A stretch of DNA of 64,000 nucleotides from an uncultured Ignavibacteriaceae bacterium (GTDB lineage: Bacteria > Bacteroidota > Ignavibacteria > Ignavibacteriales > Ignavibacteriaceae), in the NCBI GenBank assembly GCA_963698525.1, contig CAVORE010000008.1:33122-97121 (forward strand), read 5' to 3'. Shown here one piece after another: positions 46,212 through 56,612 of the stretch. A program made the position numbers and the translations under genes. Positions within the stretch are counted from its first letter, which is position 1, and every line of letters starts with the position of its first letter. The notes beneath the pieces are model-generated. The model worked only from the letters and a program-made list of their open reading frames with translations. It was not told the DNA's origin and ran no database searches.

Positions 46212-47350
46212 TTTAATGTCCTAAAAAATTTAATAATTGTACTGGCAACGTATTCAATCTGTTCCTCACTTAATTCAGGAAACATTGGTAGCGATAATCC
46301 ACTTTCGGCTAGCTTTTCTGTTTCTGGAAAATCACAGTGTTTGTGCCCGAGGTGTCTGAAGCAATCCTGTAAGTGAAGAGGAACAGGGTAATGCAATCCT
46401 GTGGAAATATTTTGTTCTTGAAGATAAGCCTGCAGTTTATCTCTTGTCTCTTGATTTTTTTGATCGCTTCCGACATTTACTCTTATCACATAAAGATGAT
46501 AAACATGTTTGTGGTGAAGCAATTCAACCGGTAGTACAATTTGTTCGATATTCCCGAGTAGCTCTCGATATTTTTCAGCAACTCTTCTTCTTTGGTTAGT
46601 CCATTTCTCAATATGTTTTAACTTTACATTAAGTACGGCACCTTGAATTCCTTCCATCCTGTAATTATGACCAAAAGATTCATGATAATATTTTTTTGAT
46701 TGGCCATGTTCACGCAGCTTTTTAATCTTTTGGAAAATATCCGCACTATTTGTGACGACTGCACCAGCTTCACCATAGGCTCCAAGATTCTTTCCAGGAT
46801 AAAAACTGAATGAAGTAACTTCAGAAAAACCTCCAACTTTTTTTCCTTTGTATTCAGATAAATGTGCTTGTGCTGCATCCTCCACAAGATGAATATCTTT
46901 TTTCTCAGAAATTTTTTTTAATTCATCCATATCGGCTGACTGACCATAAAGATGAACTGCTACAATTGCTTTAGTCTTTTTGGTGATAGATTTTTCTACC
47001 TTTTCAGGATCGATGTTATAACTTTTACTGTGACAATCAACGAAAACAGGAGTAGCGCCGCAAAGCGTTGCGCCCCAGGCTGTAGCAATAAAAGTATTTG
47101 CAGGAATGATAACTTCATCACCAGGTCCTATTCCCAGGCTCCATAATGCAAGGTGATTTCCATCTGTACCCGAGCTTGTGCCGAGACAAAAATTTACATC
47201 TTGAATTTTGGCAAATTCCTTTTCAAACTCTGCTACAGCAGGTCCTAAAACAAATGCGGTGCTATCCAACACCTTCTGAATAGCAGTATCAATCTCGGGT
47301 TTGATTGATTTGTATTGTAATTTTAAATCAAGAAATGGAACTTGCATCAT
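46208..47350 (-). CDS. DegT/DnrJ/EryC1/StrS-family PLP sugar aminotransferase (WbpE/WlbC-like)
   Basis: 380 aa. Motifs: GDEVIIPANTFIAT, VHLYGQ.ADM and SFSFYPGKNLGAYGEAGAVVTN (PLP-lysine region). Confidence 0.85.
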   Translation of the reverse strand: MMQVPFLDLKLQYKSIKPEIDTAIQKVLDSTAFVLGPAVAEFEKEFAKIQDVNFCLGTSSGTDGNHLALWSLGIGPGDEVIIPANTFIATAWGATLCGATPVFVDCHSKSYNIDPEKVEKSITKKTKAIVAVHLYGQSADMDELKKISEKKDIHLVEDAAQAHLSEYKGKKVGGFSEVTSFSFYPGKNLGAYGEAGAVVTNSADIFQKIKKLREHGQSKKYYHESFGHNYRMEGIQGAVLNVKLKHIEKWTNQRRRVAEKYRELLGNIEQIVLPVELLHHKHVYHLYVIRVNVGSDQKNQETRDKLQAYLQEQNISTGLHYPVPLHLQDCFRHLGHKHCDFPETEKLAESGLSLPMFPELSEEQIEYVASTIIKFFRTLK

Positions 47351-47596
47351 ATTTCTCTTTTTAGATTAATTGTTTTTATAATTGCCAGGATAGAATAAAT
47401 TTAATACGTCGATTTAATTTCATAAGAAAGCGATTTTATACGTTGATAAATGAAAATGCATATAAATATCATTATTTTACTTGTAAAGTTAACTATTTGT
47501 GTGGTATAATTAAATTATCATTTATAAAGATTTCAATTTGAGTTTCATTATATGATTTCTAAAAGTTTATTAATAAAATAAAAAACTAAATTTTAT

Positions 47597-49342
47597 ATGC
47601 AGTATTCTATTAAAGCATCGCTTAACCTTAACCAACCGTTGAAGGTAATGGTAATTTTTGTATTATTTTTTATTACAAATATTTATTCGCAGATACCTCA
47701 ATCTGTTCACCATGCATTCCACAATACATTTGTAATAAGTATAGAAGGCGGATTAACCCTTCCACAGACAGATTATCAAACGAATAAAACAGGATATGCT
47801 ACAAGAATTGCGGGAGAATATTACTTTAAGACAAACTCGATACATCTATTCGGGTTGAAATTAAAGGTAGGCTACGATCAGCTGCAGGGCGAAGATAGCC
47901 GTGGCAATGTTTCAACGCAGGATGGAATGAGAAATATACCACCAAAATTTACGACGGGGATATTCACAGGCGGGTTATCAGCCACATACAGCCTATCAAT
48001 AGGAGAAGTATTCTTCCCATACGTATCAGGGGGAATAACAAACTTATGGTTTGATCCCAAAGACGATCAGAATAATGCATTAGAATACAATGCATCTAAC
48101 AAATATGAAAAAAGTACAATAGCCTATAGTGTAGAAGTTGGTGTAAGGTATTTAGTGAGCGATAAAGTAAGTATAAATCTATCAGTAAATCCTTACATCC
48201 CCCAAAGTGATTACCTGGATGACATAGCAGCGGCATATTCGAAAGATGCATATACGACAGTAATGATGGGCATCACATACTCACCGTTTTTCGATAATGA
48301 TCCAGACAAAGATGGAATAAAAGGATCAGCAGACATATGTCCAGAGGAAGCAGAAGATTATGACGGCTATGAGGATGAGGACGGCTGCCCGGAGAAGGAT
48401 AATGATGGAGATGGGATAGAGGATAACAAGGATAAATGTCCGAATGAAGCGGAGGATAAAGATGGCTATGAGGATGAGGATGGCTGCCCGGAATTAGATA
48501 ATGATGGAGATGGTATACCGGATGCAGCGGATAAATGTCCGAATGAAGCCGAAGATAAGGATGGAATAAGTGACGAGGATGGCTGTCCGGAATATGAAGA
48601 AGAAAGTGGCGTACAGAATTATATGCTGATGGGAGATGAGGTATTTGAGATGAACTCAGCGATGATAAAGATAGAAGGGAAGAAGAAATTAGATGAACTG
48701 ATAAACGAGCTGGAGAAATATCCAGAAGGGAAGTGGCGGATAGAGGGACATATGGATTCGAATGGAAACAAGAGATATTTGAGGAACCTGTCGTTGGAAC
48801 GAGCGAAGTCAGTGTTAGAATATTTGAGTTACTTTGGAGGAATGAAGAGAGGGAACTTCCAGGTATTTGGGATGGGAGATAACTATCCGGTAGGGGATAA
48901 CAACACAGAAGAAGGCAGAAGACAGAACCAACGAATTGAAATTATTCCTGAAGCAACGAATACTACGGTTGATAACACTCTCACAACGCAAGAAGAATTT
49001 AATCAGTTTATTTTGCGGGGTGATGATTCCTTTGAGCAAAATTCAGCTACATTAATGGATCTAGCGAAAATACTGTTAAGTGAAATAGCTGAGTATATAA
49101 AAAATGAACCGGATAGTAACTGGGGGATCGAAGGGTACACAGATAATCGAGGCTCGGCATCCGAACAGAAAAGAATAACATTAGATAGAGCATACGCCGT
49201 ATATGATTATCTGATTTCCGAAGGTGTTCCGGAAGACAAATTAACCGTATCTGGGCTCGGTAGTTCTAATCCAATTGCAAATAATGACACTGAAAAAGGT
49301 AGAAGTGCTAATAGAAGAGTATTAATAATCAGAGAGGATTAA
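47597..49342 (+). CDS. OmpA-family outer-membrane protein, paralog of 43221-44582, with TSP3 repeats and two tandem OmpA_C domains
   Basis: Residues about 37-444 are identical to the paralog because of the DNA repeat. It has a unique signal region. The extra C-terminal OmpA domain reads WGIEGYTDNRGSASEQKRITLDRAYAVYDYL...GLGSSNPIANNDTEKGRSANRRVLI. Confidence 0.85.
   Translation: MQYSIKASLNLNQPLKVMVIFVLFFITNIYSQIPQSVHHAFHNTFVISIEGGLTLPQTDYQTNKTGYATRIAGEYYFKTNSIHLFGLKLKVGYDQLQGEDSRGNVSTQDGMRNIPPKFTTGIFTGGLSATYSLSIGEVFFPYVSGGITNLWFDPKDDQNNALEYNASNKYEKSTIAYSVEVGVRYLVSDKVSINLSVNPYIPQSDYLDDIAAAYSKDAYTTVMMGITYSPFFDNDPDKDGIKGSADICPEEAEDYDGYEDEDGCPEKDNDGDGIEDNKDKCPNEAEDKDGYEDEDGCPELDNDGDGIPDAADKCPNEAEDKDGISDEDGCPEYEEESGVQNYMLMGDEVFEMNSAMIKIEGKKKLDELINELEKYPEGKWRIEGHMDSNGNKRYLRNLSLERAKSVLEYLSYFGGMKRGNFQVFGMGDNYPVGDNNTEEGRRQNQRIEIIPEATNTTVDNTLTTQEEFNQFILRGDDSFEQNSATLMDLAKILLSEIAEYIKNEPDSNWGIEGYTDNRGSASEQKRITLDRAYAVYDYLISEGVPEDKLTVSGLGSSNPIANNDTEKGRSANRRVLIIRED
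47705..48929 (+). repeat. Right copy of the 1225-bp direct repeat
   Basis: See 43329-44553. Confidence 0.9.
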
Positions 49343-49482
49343 AACTGGATTCCTCAAAAAATCAAATAATTATATAGTCAATTTTATTAATTTCTCAATT
49401 TGACAGCTTGTATTTAAGAATTGATTATCAGTTGATAATTATCCAAACAAACTGTCCACACGTCAAGTAAGGGTAATCACTC

Positions 49483-50676
49483 ATGAGTCAAAAAACTAAT
49501 AATTTTTTCACACCACTGAATATATTAATAATTATAACTTTTGTCGGGCTTTCCATCTATATCTATCGTGGATTCTATTTTATTGATTCCACAGTTTACT
49601 ATTTACACTCGTGGACCGCTATTTTATTAAAAGTAATTAAATTAATTTTTCCGGTCTTTGTCATCATTTTGATCATTTTATATCGTTCAGTTTACCTAAA
49701 GAAAATACAATTAAGTTCTGTCATCATTCTATTTTTTACCCTCTTCTTTTTCCTATTATTGGTTTACCCATTTGCGGATTATTTTTACAGGAAGTCCGTG
49801 ACAGCAAATATCGGAGAATTTCATTCTTACCTGCAAATAAATCCTCCATCAATTAATAATTTTGACTCAACAAAGTTTAACATTTTTTGTCTTGGTGGTT
49901 CTACTACTGAATTTAGGGATGAATCAGGTAGAGATTGGCCAGGTTTAGTTCAACAAAAAATCAATGAAGAACAGGTATTTAAAGATGTGAGAGTATTTAA
50001 TTTAGGAAAACAATGGTACACAACACAGCATATTCTTATTTATTATACATTAGAGCTGAAGCATTATAAACCGGATGCAATAATTGTTATGGAAAGCATC
50101 AATGATCTGCTGCACAATGCTGATTTTTCGTGGCTCAGTGCTGGTGAATTTCGAGATGATTACGGCAACTTTCTTGGGCCTTTGACAAGGTTAATTAAAT
50201 ATGGAAGTTTTGCAGAATTCTTCGTACATACGATTGACGGCTTGTGGTATCAGGAAAAACCAGTTGAAATAGACACGAAGGAATTTCCGGGTTTAAAAGC
50301 TTTTGAAAGAAATCTGAAAACTTTAATCTCGCTGGCAAAAGAAGATGAGACAAAAATTATCCTAATTACTCAGCCAAACATTTATAAAGATTCTATGAGT
50401 TTACAAGAAATAGGTTCGCTAGAGATGCTTAATGGCGAAGCAATAGGTAACGGGAAAAGGTGGACGTTTAATACAGCCTTGAAGGGATTCAAACTTTACA
50501 GAGATAAAATGAAGGAGATTGCTTTGATAAACGATGTTGTTTACCTGATAGACCTGGAAAATATTGTTCCTAAAAATTTAGAATATTTTTATGATGATGT
50601 ACACTTTAAATCAAAAACATACGATTTGATTTCATCATTCATTTCAGAAGAATTGAAAAAAGTATTAAAAAAATAA
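49483..50676 (+). CDS. Membrane-anchored SGNH/GDSL-like hydrolase-fold protein (possible polysaccharide O-acyl esterase/transferase)
   Basis: The N-terminal 100 aa have 3 hydrophobic segments. FCLGGSTTE is a block-I-like motif with a Ser nucleophile, and DDVHF is a block-V DxxH. Confidence 0.45.
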   Translation: MSQKTNNFFTPLNILIIITFVGLSIYIYRGFYFIDSTVYYLHSWTAILLKVIKLIFPVFVIILIILYRSVYLKKIQLSSVIILFFTLFFFLLLVYPFADYFYRKSVTANIGEFHSYLQINPPSINNFDSTKFNIFCLGGSTTEFRDESGRDWPGLVQQKINEEQVFKDVRVFNLGKQWYTTQHILIYYTLELKHYKPDAIIVMESINDLLHNADFSWLSAGEFRDDYGNFLGPLTRLIKYGSFAEFFVHTIDGLWYQEKPVEIDTKEFPGLKAFERNLKTLISLAKEDETKIILITQPNIYKDSMSLQEIGSLEMLNGEAIGNGKRWTFNTALKGFKLYRDKMKEIALINDVVYLIDLENIVPKNLEYFYDDVHFKSKTYDLISSFISEELKKVLKK

Positions 50677-50979
50677 TGAAAAAGTTAATTCAAATTTTAT
50701 TTGGTAATATCTTTGGGATGTCATACAATGTTTTTTTCGAGAGTGAACATAGAAGGGAATTTCGTACGAGATAAAAACTAACAATTTCAGATAATGAAGG
50801 ATTTAAGGTTTGGTTGGAAGTTAAAATATCAATAAAACAACTGGTTTAGGGTTATTTGAACTTAGAAAATATTATGCCTCTTAAAATAAAATAATACACC
50901 GTTGATAAATATAAATATTGAAATGATTTATGAATTGAAATACATCCTGCAAATCAAGAATGTGTCTTAAATAATTTGA

Positions 50980-53067
50980 TTAAGCACTTCTTTTCTTGTT
51001 TATCAGAATATTATTTACTGCTCGCATAAAATATTTTACATCCGTTTTAAGTGGATTTTTTTCATATGAATCCAGATATTTTTTCTCTGACAACTCAATC
51101 TCTTCAATTGAATTAGGCAGATCGGCGTAAAATGGTGGGACCAATCCGGGCTTAAAGTTTTTTCTTCTATCCTGGTGTTCTTTTGAATATAAACTCAGGT
51201 ATTGGTTACTGATTGGACGAACACCTACAAATTTTAAATCCCTTTTTACCCAATTAATTAGCATCGGAAGTTCATCAATCCAAAGTTTTCTAAACAACCT
51301 GCCCCAGGCTGGAACTCTGAAATCATCTCTAAACTTTCCCCCAGCTTCCAGTTTGTTATGATTATAAACGAAATCCTGAATGAACTCAGAGTAGGGGTAC
51401 ATGGTCCTTAGCTTATACACATATATTGGCTTTCCATCCTTACCAACTCTCTTCATTTTGAAAATAGGACTGTAGAAAAACTTTTTATCAGGTTTATAAC
51501 CCCCACTTTTTGCTGCAGCAAAATAAACCACATCATCAACAACCACTAAATCCAGAATTTTGAATCCGCAGTAAACCAATCTACCTAAGCCTTCAGCCAG
51601 TGAAAGAGCACGGTCTTTTTCCTTACTAAATGTAAAATATATTTCTCTGGTAACAGGAAGTTTAGGCATTACTCTTTTCCACATGAAATCAAAGAAATAG
51701 AAAATGTTTGCAGTATAAAAGGAGTATTTTTTTAAGTACCTACGGTAACGGTAATGGTGTGGGAGTAAAGCTCCAACAAACACGCCATTGTCTAATATTA
51801 TGTTTCTGACATTTAACAAATAATCATTAAGCTTAACCTGATCGTTAAGAACATGTAAATTAACGACTAACTGATAAGAATTGATTTTTTGTTCGGTAAT
51901 TTCTTGTGGTTGATCAGAGTTTAGTATTATCGTTTTGCGGGAATCGAATGATTTTAGATCGAGTATAGTATCTAATATTGAAAAAACATTTCCATATCGT
52001 TTTAAGAAATCAAATTCAATCTTATGTGATTCAATCGATGTTTCGGCTTCATTGGTGAGAAAGCTGTGTCTTCCATTCCCGTTTCTTCCGTTTGATCGGC
52101 TACCGGCATCATTCATTTCATAAGCTTTCAAAAAGACAACAGTAGACTCATCACTTTTATTTCTAATCTTATGAGCAAATAATAAAATTGACAGGAGAGA
52201 TGAAATTAAAGAATATCCTGCCAAAGCTTTTAAGAAATTAACTGAACTGGAAAATTCTAACTGTAAAAAAATCATTGATAGCAATGTCAGAGCTATAATT
52301 CTAAAATAGAATTTAACTTGTAATTCAAGAGCATTCATCCTGCTGGTTGAGATTTCGGCAGGTATAAATTTATGTGTCACAGCAGCTGAGATACCCCAAC
52401 TAAGATAAATTAGAACCAGTAATACAAACTCTTTTTCTTTATAACTAATCGGAGTAATATTTTGGAATATTTCAAAGTAGCAGAACAGTGTTAGAATAAA
52501 GCCATCAAATAGTAGGTATCCACCAAGTAACTTGAATTGTTTTATATAACTTCCCTTATTTGGTCTGCTATGATTAAATAAAATAAAGTAAAATAATTCA
52601 ACTACTAATCCGATGAAAACAGCACTTAGGATGTAAACTCTAGATACATAACTAGTCTCTAATACCAAAAATGATGGTATTAAAAAACATAAAGTAATAA
52701 AAAGTGATAAATAAAGAGTCTTTAATGTTTTTTCTGACTTGTCTTGTCTTTTAATCTTAAACTTTCCAGAAAGCGATGCAGATAACAAAACTGATAGTAA
52801 GAAAAGAGCCGAATAGCTAAAATAATCCTCACCGAATTGAAAAGTTTTCTGAGCTAATAAATAGAATAATGAAAAAGAGAGTAAGTAAATTAAAAAATTT
52901 AATAAAATGATAAAGTGCTTACCATTTTGCAAGTTATCATCTATCTCCCGTTCAACTTTAATTGTAGATTTGTTCCTTCTTAAACTAACAAAGTTAGACT
53001 TTATGTCCAGCTGTTCCTGCAATTTATATACGCCCTCGATTATTAAATGTATGAAGTATAGCACCAA
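50980..53067 (-). CDS. Polytopic membrane protein with C-terminal bacterial sugar (phospho)transferase domain (WbaP/PglC-superfamily core)
   Basis: The C-terminal region KMKRVGKDGKPIYVYKLRTM...FRVPAWGRLFRKLWIDELPMLINWVKRDLKFVGVRPIS matches the KFRTM...DELPQL...VGPRP signature. The N-terminal 300 aa are highly hydrophobic. Confidence 0.7.
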   Translation of the reverse strand: MVLYFIHLIIEGVYKLQEQLDIKSNFVSLRRNKSTIKVEREIDDNLQNGKHFIILLNFLIYLLSFSLFYLLAQKTFQFGEDYFSYSALFLLSVLLSASLSGKFKIKRQDKSEKTLKTLYLSLFITLCFLIPSFLVLETSYVSRVYILSAVFIGLVVELFYFILFNHSRPNKGSYIKQFKLLGGYLLFDGFILTLFCYFEIFQNITPISYKEKEFVLLVLIYLSWGISAAVTHKFIPAEISTSRMNALELQVKFYFRIIALTLLSMIFLQLEFSSSVNFLKALAGYSLISSLLSILLFAHKIRNKSDESTVVFLKAYEMNDAGSRSNGRNGNGRHSFLTNEAETSIESHKIEFDFLKRYGNVFSILDTILDLKSFDSRKTIILNSDQPQEITEQKINSYQLVVNLHVLNDQVKLNDYLLNVRNIILDNGVFVGALLPHHYRYRRYLKKYSFYTANIFYFFDFMWKRVMPKLPVTREIYFTFSKEKDRALSLAEGLGRLVYCGFKILDLVVVDDVVYFAAAKSGGYKPDKKFFYSPIFKMKRVGKDGKPIYVYKLRTMYPYSEFIQDFVYNHNKLEAGGKFRDDFRVPAWGRLFRKLWIDELPMLINWVKRDLKFVGVRPISNQYLSLYSKEHQDRRKNFKPGLVPPFYADLPNSIEEIELSEKKYLDSYEKNPLKTDVKYFMRAVNNILINKKRSA

Positions 53068-53380
53068 TTGATAGCCAGATTTGTACCGTAAAGCTATGTC
53101 CCGATATCTCTGAAAAATACAGTTTTTAATAATTTATTCATCTCAAATTGGGTCTCTGTTACAAAACAATACAAGCCTATTTCTTAATTATTTAATCCAA
53201 AAAGAAGCTAACTCGTAATGATCTTTTACGACTAAACGTGATCAAATTCTTGAAAAAGATTGATGAGTTGAATGGCTTGAAAACGGGAATTTTAGAATTA
53301 AAATATTTTATGGTCCGTGGACTCTTATTTCTTTTTTCTTTTATTGATTTAGTCGGGTTTGGAATCTGTCATAAAAGATT

Positions 53381-54490
53381 TTAAGTAAATTCTTTGATCA
53401 AAATTTCAACAATTCTTTCAGATGATTTTCCATCCCACAAATCGGGTATTTTCCCAATCTTTATCTTACCACTAATAATTGAATCTGCTAATTTTTCAGC
53501 ACTTGCGAAATCATCCCCAACAAGTTGATTTGTGCCGACATCAACTGTTATAGGTCTTTCAGTTGTTTTTCTTAGGGTGATGCATTGAATTCCAAGAAAA
53601 GTACTTTCTTCTTGAATTCCACCACTATCAGTTAGTATCAGACTTGCATTCCGCATTATCCAAATAAAATCAAGATACCCTATCGGATCAGTGATGATGA
53701 GATTAGAACTTAATTTAGAATTCAGTTTAAATTTTTCTAAATTTTTACTTGTACGGGGATGAACTGGAAAAATAATCTGTGTTTTTTCTGCCAATCTGTT
53801 GAGTAATGAAATCAATTCTTCCAGTCTATCCTCATTATCAACGTTGCTGGGACGGTGCATGGTAACGAGGATATATTTATTCTTAATCAGTTTGTAAAAT
53901 TCCAATATTTTTGATTTTTCTGCTTTCGATAGAAAATAAACCAAGCTATCTATCATTACATGCCCGACAAAATGTATTTTTTTCTCATCTACTCCTTCCC
54001 GTTTTAAATTTACTAACCCACTCTGTTCGGTAACAAAAAGGTAATCCGAAATAGAGTCGGTAAGAATTCTATTTATCTCCTCAGGCATGCTTCGATCAAA
54101 GCTTCGGAGCCCAGCTTCGACATGAGCAACCTTTATTCCTAATTTAACAGCTGTTAAGCTGCAGGCTATAGTAGAATTTACATCGCCCACTACAATCACA
54201 AGGTCAGGTTTTACTTCCAGCAAAACTTTCTCAAACTCCATCATAATTCTTGCTGTCTGCTCAGTATGGGAACCACTTCCGATACCCAAATAAAAATCGG
54301 GTTTTGGTAATTCCAATTCTTCAAAAAATATTTTGCTCATTCTTTCGTCATAATGTTGACCGGTATGACAAATTAAATGCTCGATTTCGACATTTAATAC
54401 TTTACGCTTAATATTTATTGCGCGATAAATCGGTGCTATTTTCATAAAATTTGGTCTGGCACCAACTACTGAGACAATTTTCATTTTCAA
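53381..54490 (-). CDS. wecB: UDP-N-acetylglucosamine 2-epimerase (non-hydrolysing)
   Basis: VVGARPNFMKIAPI, HVEAGLRSFDRSMPEEINR and DSGGIQEE. 369 aa. Confidence 0.9.
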   Translation of the reverse strand: MKMKIVSVVGARPNFMKIAPIYRAINIKRKVLNVEIEHLICHTGQHYDERMSKIFFEELELPKPDFYLGIGSGSHTEQTARIMMEFEKVLLEVKPDLVIVVGDVNSTIACSLTAVKLGIKVAHVEAGLRSFDRSMPEEINRILTDSISDYLFVTEQSGLVNLKREGVDEKKIHFVGHVMIDSLVYFLSKAEKSKILEFYKLIKNKYILVTMHRPSNVDNEDRLEELISLLNRLAEKTQIIFPVHPRTSKNLEKFKLNSKLSSNLIITDPIGYLDFIWIMRNASLILTDSGGIQEESTFLGIQCITLRKTTERPITVDVGTNQLVGDDFASAEKLADSIISGKIKIGKIPDLWDGKSSERIVEILIKEFT

Positions 54491-54553
54491 TTTCTACTCA
54501 TTTCTTTTGACTTAATAATTTAAATAGATTCATCTTCGAAGATAACTTACGAA

Positions 54554-55492
54554 TCATTTTTTTTTCTTGTAAATAGTGTGACCCTTTTTTGCTGCTTCGA
54601 TCAGTGTTTCAGTTACTACATTTGCTTGCGTTAGAAAAAAAGGAATTCCCTGATATTTCCATTCTAATACTTTGGCTTTTTTTAATATTTTTTTAAAAGA
54701 TCTCTTGTCAAAATGATATTCCGGACTCTTAATTCGTAAATTATAAACGAAAGTATTTCCCATCTCATCAACACAAGTAACAGGAAGAATCTCCGAATAT
54801 AAAGAAAGTGGAAATTCACTTTTCATAATATCTTCAGTAGAGTGAATCTGGGTAAGCGCGAATTTACGGGCACCTATACCTAAAATCATTGTTCGACACT
54901 TTAGCATTTCCTCGAATGGTGTTCCTTCTCCAAAAGTTGTCTCTGCATTATGGTGATTGCAGGTCAATTTATCTGCCAGGGGACCCAATGAACATATGCT
55001 ATGGGTAGGATGAATGCTTCTTTTAACTTTCGCAGTTCGCCTGAACATTTCTGAAAACATCCCCATTTCAGAAACAGTTTTGCGAACGTCAAATACATTT
55101 ATTCCACTTTTATAATGTTCTTTAGCCTGATAACTTGATCCGAGAAAAAAGGTTGGCATCGCAAGTGTGATATTTTTCTGTTCACAAAACGAAATTATCA
55201 AAGATAGTAATTTACCAGGCTGGCCGGTATACATTGGAATCATATCATTGAATGAGCTATGAATCATCAGCACATCAAACTTCCCATCAAATTTTTGTAA
55301 TATATTATTGAAAATCTCTTCGTCATTGGCCGTACCATGAAGTAACCTGAAAATCCATTTATTTCTAATTTTAAATTTAAATATTGAAGCATAAATAGTA
55401 TTTCCGGACTCTAGTGTTAAGAGTATACTAAACACTTTCCTTACAATATTATTAAAGAAACTTTTCATTAATTTTACTAAACATTGATTCAA
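54554..55492 (-). CDS. AAC(3)/Antibiotic_NAT-family N-acetyltransferase fold protein
   Basis: MIHSSFNDM..., LAMPTF, SIHPTHSICSLGP and LTQIHSTED resemble the conserved blocks of aminoglycoside 3-N-acetyltransferase-fold enzymes. It lies in a polysaccharide locus. Confidence 0.55.
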   Translation of the reverse strand: MNQCLVKLMKSFFNNIVRKVFSILLTLESGNTIYASIFKFKIRNKWIFRLLHGTANDEEIFNNILQKFDGKFDVLMIHSSFNDMIPMYTGQPGKLLSLIISFCEQKNITLAMPTFFLGSSYQAKEHYKSGINVFDVRKTVSEMGMFSEMFRRTAKVKRSIHPTHSICSLGPLADKLTCNHHNAETTFGEGTPFEEMLKCRTMILGIGARKFALTQIHSTEDIMKSEFPLSLYSEILPVTCVDEMGNTFVYNLRIKSPEYHFDKRSFKKILKKAKVLEWKYQGIPFFLTQANVVTETLIEAAKKGHTIYKKKK

Positions 55493-56612
55493 ATGGAGGT
55501 TTAATTTGAATTAAATTACAATTCATTGAATGATTACTAAATATGATAAATTTAAAAATATTGAAAGGTATTATAATAATATAATTCCGGAATTCATTGG
55601 AAAGAGCTTTCTCAAATGGATATTAAAAATGAGATGCTAATTTTTTAGTTAATGTATCACCTAAATTGGAAGTGTTAAAAATTGCTGATCTAAGAACAAA
55701 TAACTAATTCAAATTCAGAAACTATTTCGATAAAGTAAATAATTCTATTTTTCACACTGTCTTTACTATTGTAATAATTAGCTAAATTTATTTTCGTTTA
55801 CTGTCATCAAGTATTAATCGTATCTCTTGTTTTTTTATCATCTCGTTCAAACATTTAACTAATCGAAACCCTCCAGATTAAGAAATCTAAATATTCGGCA
55901 GATTGTTTTGTCTCTGTTCAAACGGATGAATCGATTATAAATTGAACAGCTTTCCTGGTAAGTTAATTCAGAAACTTTTGACTTTTTATTCATCAGGAAT
56001 ACATTTATTTTATTATTCCAAGAAATAGAATACTAAATTTTCGGGTTATACCCTCAACTTACTTCTCGTTTTTTTAATCCCTTGTTTGACGTATTCATTT
56101 CTCATAGTCAAGAAAGGGCCTGTAAATGTTACCAGAATTACGATCTTACTTAGTTATCCCTTTAAATATTTATTAAAAGTAATGATTCTGTAAGGTACAA
56201 AATTTGCGGTTGCTGTAAGAAAATATTTTATTGGAGACAGATGAGATGACAAAATTTTTCTCATTAAAAGCATGCCAAATATCGCTTACCTTAAATCGCT
56301 CCTGGCATCTAATATATTTATTTTCAATTATGACTTATCTGGTCACATATGTTTTCTTGCACCTCCAGCAGGGAACGGTTTATATGCCCACTATAGTCAT
56401 AACATTATTTCCTTCTTTACAAGCGTTTATGTTTTAATTAGGAGCTATTTAAACAAAGAAAAGGAAGGAAGTAGATAGTAATTTTAGATTTAAATTTTTT
56501 GGTTCAAGGGTTAAGTAAATCTAATATTTTACGATAAAGTGTAGTTGGTTGATCAGAAAATATTCATTCAATTTTTCAAATTCTGGTGGTTAACATTTAG
56601 GGAGATGAACAT

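Noticed and set aside
43329-48929. Composite transposon or insertion sequence explaining the 4.4-kb duplication unit
   Set aside because: No transposase or integrase is present, and there are no terminal inverted repeats. The repeat boundaries fall inside coding sequence of paralogous genes, so homologous duplication or gene conversion fits better.
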